From the NCBI GenBank assembly GCA_054661495.1, contig BAAFSQ010000233.1:1-15574 (forward strand): a DNA stretch of 15,574 nt. Direction: 5' to 3'. A program made the position numbers and the translations under genes. Below are positions 1 to 8,787 of the stretch, in pieces. The notes beneath the pieces were generated by a model. That model searched no databases and was not told the origin of the DNA. It was given only the letters and a program-made list of their open reading frames with translations. This DNA is from Zygophlyctis sp. KS116 (Eukaryota; Fungi; Chytridiomycota). Within the stretch, counting starts at the first letter, position 1. Each line of letters opens with the position of its first letter.

Positions 1-1162
1 CTTTTTGCCGACTGCTACCATCAAAGTTTTTTTCAGAATCTGTTTAATAGCTTCTTCCCTCAAAAGATGTAAGGATATCCGAGGAAAATGAAAAGGACTA
101 CTTGTGATAGTCTTATCATCCGGACGTAGACCAACAGAACTAAGAAAAGAGCCTCGGCCAGCTATTAAAATGAAAACATCCTTCATAAGCATCCAATCCT
201 GTATGACTTCAGTACAGAAAAGCATAAACCTTTCTCTTCTTTGGATATCATCTAATTTTGGATCTTCAAATGCTTTTCCAATTTCATCCAAGACAATGAA
301 AACGGGACCCATTTCTGTGACCAGACTTCCCAAGAAAGAAGAGGTTTTATTAGTAGGATTTGATAATACCGCTGGAGGAACAACAAACATGTTTTTTAAA
401 GCATTTTGAAGATATTTGAGCATCAACTCATCCAAATCGCCTGAGACTAGAGCTTTGTAACCAAAGGCGATATGAATCGTATGACAATTACAAAGAGTTT
501 TTTGGAACTCATTTGCAGATCCATTCTTAATTTTGTCTTCCCACTTTTCTCGTGATTTTAGAATGTAGTGTCGACTAAATTCAGATTTGCCAAGTCCGAT
601 CACATTATCAACGATTGGAATAGTCCAATCCCGTCCAGTTTTTGATTTGGCTCTTGAATAATTGGCACGATGAATATCATTAAGCTGATTTATGGCCATT
701 GTTCTGTTAACAAAGAACAAATGCTCCTCGTCTAGTGAATATACGAATGCCGGTTCTATTTCCCATTGAGGAGTTTTGACTGGCTGTAAGTTATAATCAG
801 CTACAGCAACAATAAGAGCATCATCTTCAGTTTCTCCCAAACCACTGAGTTTGCAAGAAGACTTGAGCGGCTCTTCCTGTGATAAGATTCTAATAAATTA
901 CCTTTTCTACAGCAGCAACTCTCTTATCAAATGATTGCTTGTTCTGAAAGACCAAGAGATCATTAGCATCAATAGAAGAGAGTTTATTACTACACTTGAC
1001 TTTGACAGCATCACAAAATTCTGCAATATCAGAACCAATGGGAACTGAGACCTTTGAAGCTCTAGTTCCCTTGTATGGAAGACCATTAGCAGAGTCATAG
1101 AGATGAAACCAGATCTTGGATTCTTCTTTACTTGACAATTTCTGTTTCTTGGTTTTTGGCAT
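1..1162 (-). CDS. Crinkler (CRN)-family protein: ubiquitin-like CRN header plus P-loop NTPase; 3' part lies outside the window
   Basis: ATG at 1162. A 25-nt GT-AG intron at 877-901 joins ...KRVAAVEK to EEPLKSS..., and the frame is then open to base 1. The header IWFHLYDSANGLPYKGTRASKVSVP..DIAEFCDAVKVK..NKLSSIDANDLLVFQNK..EEPL..GLG..DDALIVAV matches chytrid/oomycete CRN N-termini from memory. Walker A-like DNVIGLGKS at ~583-609; Walker B VFIVLDE at ~283-303. Confidence 0.85.
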
Positions 1163-1216
1163 GTTTTTCCTAAAGTGTCAAAGTGGAAGATTAAGATCAG
1201 GAACAAGCAATCTCTA

Positions 1217-1337
1217 GTCAAAATGAAGTACTCTGACAGTCTTTTGAAATTATTGATGCTCTTCTGATCTCTTGGTCTTTCAGAACAAGCAATCATTTGA
1301 TCAGAGAGATGCTGCTGTAGAAAAGGTAATTTATTAG
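1217..1337 (+). pseudogene. Inverted, frameshifted relic of a CRN header exon end plus first 12 nt of its intron
   Basis: 1251-1337 is the reverse complement of 890-974 with 2 substitutions and an aa>cttc change. It reads VKMKYSDSLLK/IDA/DLLVFQNKQSFDQRDAAVEK|gtaatttattag. Confidence 0.85.
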
Positions 1338-1355
1338 TTATTTAAAATCTAAAAA

Positions 1356-2081
1356 TCAATCTCTTTTTCTCCTTGATTCTCTATTAAACTGTGAGTGATA
1401 GTATCCCTGCTCACTTTCATGCAATTTGTAATCTGTACTTTTCCGTGAATCCATACTTGATCCTGTCAATAGTTTTTTTGATTTTTCAGACTCTAACTTT
1501 TCACGCTCAATCCTTTTCCTTCTGAGCTCTTCAATACTACTACTTTTAGTACTACTACTTTGAACAGTACTATCTTGAGTACTTTTAGAAGAATTATAAA
1601 GTTTTTCCTTTGAAATAACTTGATTAGACTCTTGTCTGATTTTCCTTAGAGGATCTTGTTTAAATTTAATAACTTGATCCTTTTCCTTATTCATCCTACT
1701 AGAGTAAGATTTTGGTAATTCCTTTATAGAGTACTGATCAGATTTATTAAATTCCTTTACATCTGATTTTGAGTACCAAGGATCTGATTTCTCTCCACTT
1801 TTAGTTTCTCCTAGTTTCATAATCCAAGGATCATTTTTAATTTCATCCTTTTTAGACAAACTTGAACTTGACTCTTGAACTGGAAATAAAGTGAATTTTT
1901 CCTCTTTTCCTTTAGAAATTTGGAGTAAATTGAGTCTTTCTTCTCTTTCACTTTTTAATTTCTTTTCCAATTTTAATTCCTGCTGTTTTTTAGCATCTTC
2001 TTCGTCTTTAAGAACTCTGAGTCTATTATCTCTCTTGTATACATGCCATGATTTATGATGAAGAATGTTTAATTTTCCCAT
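1356..2081 (-). CDS. LENG1: LENG1/Saf4-like spliceosome-associated protein (CIR N-terminal domain), 241 aa, intronless
   Basis: N-terminal MGKLNILHHKSWHVYKRDNRLRVLKDEE; internal DPWY, QDPL and SIEELRRKRIERE; C-terminal YHSQFN. All are typical of the LENG1 family. Confidence 0.85.
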   Translation of the reverse strand: MGKLNILHHKSWHVYKRDNRLRVLKDEEDAKKQQELKLEKKLKSEREERLNLLQISKGKEEKFTLFPVQESSSSLSKKDEIKNDPWIMKLGETKSGEKSDPWYSKSDVKEFNKSDQYSIKELPKSYSSRMNKEKDQVIKFKQDPLRKIRQESNQVISKEKLYNSSKSTQDSTVQSSSTKSSSIEELRRKRIEREKLESEKSKKLLTGSSMDSRKSTDYKLHESEQGYYHSQFNRESRRKRD

Positions 2082-2171
2082 TTTTCTAAAACTTTAAGAT
2101 TTTGTAGATTTTACATTTTGCGTCTTGGGTTTGAGCTCAAGTAGAAATTTAAATTTAGGAATTTTGGGTTT

Positions 2172-2239
2172 TAGTTTACTGGAACTGGAGTTTCCCGATT
2201 CCTTTAACGAGAAATAGGAATAGTCCAGAGTTCAATCCC
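2172..2239 (+). promoter_or_regulatory. RNA polymerase III type-2 promoter (A box and B box) in the leader upstream of the RNase P-like RNA
   Basis: A box TAGTTTACTGG at 2172-2182 fits TRGYNNANNNG. B box GTTCAATCC at 2230-2238 fits GWTCRANNC. The spacing is tRNA-like. Confidence 0.55.
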
Positions 2240-2286
2240 TGCTACATCTAAAAGAGGGTGCAGGGTGTAGGCTGAGACCTAAAATT

Positions 2287-2485
2287 AAGAGCGTGGAAAG
2301 TGTACATATCAGCCCTTGTTGGCTGGACAGGCTCCCAAAAAGCTATTAACCTCTAAAGGGGTAGTATTAGTTTAGGCTAGTACTCATGTCACCAGAAATA
2401 AACTTTGCTGAAATAGGCATGAGCTGTAACACTTTAGTGCAATATGTACACGTACTTTCGAGTGCGACTTGATTGGGATGCTCTT
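2287..2485 (+). ncRNA. RPR1: Nuclear RNase P RNA-like ncRNA, minimal (~200 nt) and divergent
   Basis: Helices occur in RNase P order: P1 2287-2292/2480-2485; P2 GTGTACATAT 2300-2309/2442-2451; P3 2310-2325; P4 TCCCAA 2333-2338/TTGGGA 2473-2478 (pseudoknot); P7 2341-2344/2422-2425; P8 2349-2362; P9 2363-2384; P10/11 2385-2390/2416-2421; P19 UUCG hairpin 2452-2465. Conserved regions: CR-II AGAAA 2394-2398, CR-III TGAAA 2409-2413, CR-IV AGTGCAAT 2436-2443, CR-V-like ACTTGATTGGGATGC 2467-2481. CR-I is atypical. Confidence 0.68.
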
Positions 2486-2493
2486 CTATTCTC

Positions 2494-2503
2494 TTTTTTT
2501 TTT
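2494..2503 (+). terminator. Pol III oligo-T terminator
   Basis: T10 run 8 nt after the P1 3' strand. Confidence 0.6.
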
Positions 2504-2654
2504 AATTTTACATTTATTACTTTTTAAATTTCTTAAATTTGTTAAGTCTTTAAAGTCTGACTAAATAACTAATATAGAAAATATAGAAAATGACAAAAGT
2601 CCATGAGAGTAAAATTCAAAGAGTAAAAATTTACAGTAAAAATTTCTTGGAAAA

Positions 2655-4757
2655 ATGGTTTCGTCAGAGAGTTTACATCATCTTTTGGGATTGTCAAGGC
2701 AGGAATTAATGCAAGAGCCAATAGAAAAAATAGAAAAATTCTTTACAAATTCAAACTTGAATATAAAATCTATAAAATTATTGGAAATCTTAAAGGAAAA
2801 TTCAAAGGATTTCTCTGGGATTTTGCAGAAATTTGTTCAAGAGGCTCTCAAGGATGAGAATATTGAGATTTTAAGTAAATTGTTTCAAAGGTTTCCTAAA
2901 AAAATGAAAAATTATTCTGCATTGGCAAAAAAGGTTTTACAACAGCATTATTTAATTGGGTTTAAGCAGGGTTCTAGTGTCAAGCATATTGTAGATTTGG
3001 ATTTACAAGTTGAAATTTCAATCTCTTCTTCAACTACCATCCTTACAGCTTGCCCTAAAACTAGCCTCCAGGGGTGCTTGGATAATATTGTTTTTCTCAT
3101 TCAGTCTTGTTTGATATGCGTTCAAGGTATTTTCAGGCTTAATTCTCAAAAATTTAGATTACAAGATTCATGCATCCTGTGATTATCAACAGTATTTAGT
3201 TAGAGAATGTATGGATGATGATTACAAGGTACAATTGGAGAATTACTTGAAATTATTAAACTTCTACTGTTTTAAAGTCATTCCAGAAATGACAAGGTAT
3301 TTATTTACAATGAAATTTAACTAAAAGAAATTCAGCGTACAAGAATGTAATGATTGATATTAATCAATTTTTTTCAATTGCTTTTCAGGTTTTTCAACTG
3401 TCAAGGTTCAATAGTGTAATTTTACAAATTGTATCCTTAAAATTTAGAGTTCAGATCCTCAGAGGGATCCGCAAGATTTTGAATTGCTTTTAGGAAGCCT
3501 AGAAGGATTATATTTAGCACTCATAAATGTCTTGAAGGGGTTGGTGATACGTCTTCAAAATGCATTGGCTGGTTTCTCTCAGGATATTTTTCTTATAATT
3601 GAAAAAGGGTTAGAAAGAGGATCAATTGGTGTTAAATTAGAGATGTACGAATTAATGGCGACATGTTTTGAATATATTTCAAGTTTTTCAAATTTAGATT
3701 TTTCACGGCTAATGCAAATCATTCAAATAGATTGGGATTCTAAACTGGAAAAGCAAAATCAGAATCTGGTTTCCGAAAAAAATCATTCTTCTAAAAAACG
3801 CAAAGTTACTATTGAAAAGATTCAAAGTCCATATGATGGTCTACAGCAGCATCTGTCTATTAGAAAGCAGTTGATTAATGGTATTTTTTATAATTAAAAT
3901 TTATAGTCTTATCACAAATGGTAAAGTATGACTCATCACTATACGAAAATCACGATTTAATCGCAAATGCAATTCAAGATTTGCTGCAAATGAGGATTAA
4001 TCATTTGGAGAATGATTATGAGGACTATCACGTTAAACTTTTAAAGTTTGTATGTGAATTATTGATTTCAAACTATCCAAAGCATATATTTCCTTTGGTT
4101 TTACACAGTTTGCAAAAATCATATTACTCTGGAAGTTTAGAAATCAAGATTGCTAGTACTAATGGTCTTAGAATTTGTGAAGCAATTGTTCACAGCCATT
4201 CAAAAGCTCCTGCATCTTTTGATCTGCCTATTAAGAATGATACTGCTAGGAATCCTATAGACTGCGAAAAGTCTTCAAATATAGTGGATTTAGGAACGAA
4301 AACCGCTGAATTTAAGCAAATGAATACCGTGAAAGATCTCGGTTTTGTAGAGGCTAATCACAAAACCGTCGAAAATGCTGGTTTATTCCGCAAAATTCCA
4401 AACGATTCGACCGAAAGTGGGCTGATTGTTAAAGAAAGCATTAACTCTGTCATAAATGACGATAAATCAAGTTCAGGGAAGCAGGAAGAGAAGGAGACCG
4501 GATATATAAGCTTGGTGGTAAATGAAGAGGAAGCGGATGAGAAAATTATCGCTGAGGTGAATAATGATCCAGTCGTAACTTCAATTTTCAATTCATCAGA
4601 GCCAAAGTTTGAAGATGCCAGAATAGTCAATAATGATCAAGAAAATTCAGGAATGGATAAATTAGTAGATGATGGAGATGAGTCAGATGATAGCGACTTG
4701 TCTGCAGCCTTTAGTATTCCTGAAATAAATATAGACTCATCTGATAACGATGATTAA
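2655..4757 (+). CDS. RIX1: RIX1/PELP1-like pre-rRNA processing protein, ~660 aa
   Basis: Introns 3127-3157, 3297-3327, 3416-3447 and 3881-3906 join three ORF-track pieces into 661 codons. The protein has a helical N-region, LRICEAIVHSH (compare Rix1 LEALIHPR), a disordered linker and an acidic tail ending IPEINIDSSDNDD. Confidence 0.65.
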
Positions 4758-4775
4758 AACTTAAAATCAAGTTTA

Positions 4776-7669
4776 TTAATGTTGAATATTCAGAGCTGCC
4801 ATTCCATCTAGCGGGATCATCTCTCTTCCATCGGGATCCTCCACATTAACAGGCTTTTTCATTTGTTCCAGCAATTTAGAAAATCTAAAATATTTATATA
4901 AAATCCTTACCTTTTTAATGCATTCGTGGATACTAAGTCTCCATTAACCTCCTACTATTAATAAATTATGATACCTGCAGTAGATCTGAGCTTAAGTCAA
5001 CAAGATCATCATAAATCAAATGATCATTTTCAAATAATCCTTCCAAGTTGAATTTAGTCAAACATCCACAGAGAGACCTTCGTACCAATACTGAGATAAA
5101 TATAAATAGCTTTACCTGAATGATTTTCTAGCGCATACTCTGCAATACTTTTCACCATGGTGTAATGTAAGGAAGTACAATTCTCTGATTGTCCAGGCAT
5201 AAGCCGACGATAATCTGTCCAATCAGTGAAATGTGAAATGATTTGATTAATTGGAAGCATTTCAGACAGATATATTTTTGTCTGAACACAAAATCTGATA
5301 ATATTCATAAATATCTACCATGAAATATAATAACATACCTCCTGAATTAGTTTTTGTCGATGATACGAAGAAAAACAAAATACTTCGACAAAGTAGGAGA
5401 GATATTGCCGTAATTTCTTCCTTTTTATTTTGGGAACTGGGTTGTAGTATAAACAGAATAGAGAAGTTAGAATCTAAATATTAAACGTTTAGCAATACAT
5501 CTTTATCTTGAAGATCATTTAGAAGAAACAGTTTAGCAGAACCTTCAGCAGCTAGTATAACTACATCTTCATTCTGTGAGCTCATAGCTTTCCTGATAAT
5601 ATTGTTTAAAGCACTTGGTGATTCCTGGAGTAATTATAGCATAATCTTACTTCAGTATCAAACACATCAGTCCCATGAATAATAAAGAGATCCAAAATAG
5701 TCAATGATTTAAATCACAAAAAATTACCTTGAGACATAGAATAACCAATCTTTGATCATTGGAATTAAATCCAAACTCAAAGAGCTTGAAGTTATCAAAG
5801 GCCATTTGCTAATGATTAATCAAAGCCGACTAACCTTGCTTAAAAGGCAAGCAAGTCCCAGACATTCAATCCCAACACATCTAATAGCTATATGACTATT
5901 TTGTAAGGATGGTAAAACAAAACGTTCAAGGAGCGCATTCATAGGCTCATTTACTTCAGCACTCTATGGGTTATTTGATTTAATTTACAGTTTGACAAAA
6001 TAAAAATGCACATTTGACTATATCTAGACATTTCAGGGTTCTAATGGAGGCCGATACATCCTTTGTTTCTGGAGACTATCAGCAATTAGTACGATGAAAA
6101 TCACCTCTGAATCATCAATATCAGCATCCTCAATATCTAATAAAATATCAGTTACTATTCTGAATATTTAATGCCGTCATCATATACCTCAAAAAATCCA
6201 ATTCACCAGCAGAGCTTTTGTACAATGATTTGACTGCTACTTGTAAGCACTCTTCATCGACATCTGTATTGACTAAGAAGTTTCCTATTTAATAAATATA
6301 CATAAAACATACTTAAAAACAATTGAAGTTCATGCCGTCCAACTTCATCTGAAAAATCTCTGTCTAGTACAATACTCAGTAAATGATGTATGACGACCTC
6401 GAGTTTCATCTTGCGTTGTTCATCTTCCATAACAATCATATAATCCGTATATTTTTTCAAATATTGTACATGTAATACTAACTCTGGTAAAGCAAGATCA
6501 TAAGCTTCATTTAGCTATACAATTAACTTAAAAGACTTACCGAATTATCCATAGCGTATGACAAATATTCTCTAAGATATACAACGTTTTGAGGAGAAAG
6601 ATTGTTCCAAAAATCGGCTATTCATATGAGCCATGCATTAACTCTTACAATCATATTCCAATTCAAACTTTTTTTGCACAGAAAATACCTGAAATAAACA
6701 TAATTTAACTAGATCATAATTTTGTGCTACGTCCAATTCTGAAATGAACTTTTCATGAAAATCAAGTCAAGTACATACCTCTAAAAGATCATTTCCACTC
6801 TTCCTTATCCAACAATCACGCAGCATCGACCCACATTCTTTTCTGACCATGGCGTTCCTTAAAATTACGATTAAAACTGGCCATACCGATCATTTAACCC
6901 ATTTTTCAGTAAGAATCGTCGATCCTCTAAACTAATCTCTGTTGGTCCCATTCCATCATCGGAAATCTTTTTGAAAACTGCAATCCTTATAGTTGATTCT
7001 ATATCCTTGACTCTTTCTATAAAAGAGGGTAAAATTCGACTAGTCAATGTGATCTTTTCAACAATATTTTTTCTAACCAATGCACTCGTATCATACTGCA
7101 TAGAATTGATTAGCAAATCAACCAATTCCGTATCTTCATCGTCATCCTAAATTATTGATTTAGTGTAATGTACCTGTAATCTACAAAGTGCAGTCACCGC
7201 CAAAGCACGAACTTGAATCTCTTTATCACGACTCCTTTCCATTAATTTCGTCCTCAATAGCGCAAAAACAGAATCACTAATTATAAATAGATACATCTTA
7301 CTCTAATTCCTCCAAAAAATTCAAAAGCAAAAAGATGATATTCATGATTCGGACACGCACCAACTTTTGTCCGGATTCAATTCCAAGTATCAAGTTGCTT
7401 AATAAATATTCAGCCAGCTGATTTGAAAACAGGCCATCACTTTTATCTTTTAGAAAGGTTAAGAATGTTTCTATAAATGATTTAAGTAGCAATTGTGCCT
7501 GCGGATTATCTTTTTTAGCATTCAGCACTCGACAAATTGCAGTAAAAACCCCTGATATTACAGCTGCAGCATCATGGTTCATCATATTTAATAGCGCTAA
7601 ACTATTCTTTCTATGCGAAGCCTTTGATGAAGCAACCTGTTCCATAATATTTGCAATATCTCTCGCCAT
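4776..7669 (-). CDS. YCG1: Condensin I HEAT subunit Ycg1/Cnd3/CAP-G, 804 aa, 18 introns
   Basis: Motifs RDKEIQVRALAVTALCRLQ, QYDTSALVRK, ERVKDIESTIR, DFSDEVGR, AAEGSAKL, LRQYLSYF and DWTD. Introns: 7277-7301, 7147-7173, 6858-6886, 6749-6778, 6618-6648, 6515-6540, 6285-6312, 6160-6187, 6076-6104, 5964-5988, 5809-5834, 5702-5727 (GT..TG), 5625-5650, 5474-5498, 5315-5338, 5091-5115, 4952-4974, 4885-4910. Spliced length is 2415 nt = 805 codons. Confidence 0.93.
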
Positions 7670-7741
7670 CTAAATTCGGTTAAATTACTTGAATCCTCCG
7701 AATCCAATAGGCAATTAACGACAATCACTGAATATTAAACA

Positions 7742-8401
7742 ATGGCTACAAAGCAGGCAATCATTGACAAGATGCTGCAAAGGAAAAATGACATTCTAAA
7801 CAATCTTCAGAGCCTCAAAGAAGAAATTCAACAGTTTGATGTTGAGCATGATCGGACAAGTACCAAGGCCAATCAACAAACACAGATAGATAAGACATTA
7901 TGGATCGAAAAAGAGAATCTACTAAAGGATAATGATAATCTTAAAATTCAAAATCAAATATTAATACATAAAATACAACAGGGGGAAACTATTGCTGCTG
8001 AAAATACAATTCTAGTAACTCAATTAGATGCGTCTAGATCAGAACTGGCACAAAAATCTTTAGAACTCTTACAATCAAACAAACGAAATTTAGAACTTGA
8101 ATCAACTATTATCGGACTAAAAGCAGAGATTTCTAAACTACTAAAGCAGAGTCCAGTCATGTCTAGCGGATCTGTATCGACGAAAAAAGTAGATAATTCT
8201 GAAAGAATTGCAATGATCAATCAACAACAGTCTCTAATCTCAGAGATAGAAAGAATGAAGGCAGAATACGACAAGTATAAAGATCTTATCGCGTCTATCG
8301 AGACTGTTGCTGCAACAGGAAAGATCTGTCTTGTAAGTTCAAGAGGATTAAAAGTCACTACAATGCTTGAATTAGCTCAAGAAATTAAAAATTTCAAATA
8401 A
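7742..8401 (+). CDS. Hypothetical coiled-coil protein, 219 aa
   Basis: Long ATG-initiated ORF rich in L/Q/E/K/N with heptad pattern, filling the gap between two convincing genes. A possible 22-nt intron at 8333-8354 could alter the C-terminus. Confidence 0.7.
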   Translation: MATKQAIIDKMLQRKNDILNNLQSLKEEIQQFDVEHDRTSTKANQQTQIDKTLWIEKENLLKDNDNLKIQNQILIHKIQQGETIAAENTILVTQLDASRSELAQKSLELLQSNKRNLELESTIIGLKAEISKLLKQSPVMSSGSVSTKKVDNSERIAMINQQQSLISEIERMKAEYDKYKDLIASIETVAATGKICLVSSRGLKVTTMLELAQEIKNFK

Positions 8402-8426
8402 TGCATTAGGAAAGTTGTATTAATGA

Positions 8427-8766
8427 TCATTTACGGCTATTCTTTAAAAGATAAATTCCTAGGAATTCAGTTGGGTTTGGAGGCCTTTTAGTTTAGAAAA
8501 TATAAATTACCGTTCTTTAGATATTAATTTCAAGCCTTCGATCAGGATTGGTACAACAGTTTCATCAAGATATGATCGCAGAGGAAGTCCCTGTAAATTA
8601 GATTTAGAAAATGTTGTTGCAGCTTCCTTATCAGCGGCAATCATTTCCTAAATGAATTAATATTTCGAATTAATCATACTTCTAAGCTCTTTGTTAGACC
8701 ATATCCTTCTAATCCTGATGGAAAACTATAATCTGTTGGCTCAGATGATGCTTCTATGCTATTCAT
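8427..8766 (-). CDS. DPY30: Dpy-30 motif protein (COMPASS subunit Sdc1/DPY30), 93 aa; not in the ORF track
   Basis: Introns 8648-8679 (32 nt) and 8485-8510 (26 nt) give 94 codons containing [42 protein letters not shown]. An alternative start at 8791 is possible (see findings). Confidence 0.92.
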
Positions 8767-8787
8767 TATTTTATTACGACGATTACG

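Noticed and set aside
104-409. ORF 104..409 (+)
   Set aside because: GTG-start antisense shadow of the CRN NTPase exon.
907-1296. ORF 907..1296 (-)
   Set aside because: Alternative frame over the CRN header, starting inside the inverted relic; no recognisable protein features.
2255-2300. TPP riboswitch-like GGGTG..GCTGAGA..AGCGTGGAAAG
   Set aside because: Lacks the UGAU/GNUAAU..C core, and no thiamine gene is nearby.
2347-2356. TAACCTCTAA as a telomerase RNA template; also RNase MRP or group I intron identity for the region
   Set aside because: The motif sits in a hairpin at the P8 position. CR-II/III and AGTGCAAT favour RNase P over MRP, and no P/Q/R/S set is present.
4358-4630. ORFs 4358..4630 (-) and 8020..8220 (-)
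   Set aside because: Antisense shadows of the RIX1-like and coiled-coil genes.
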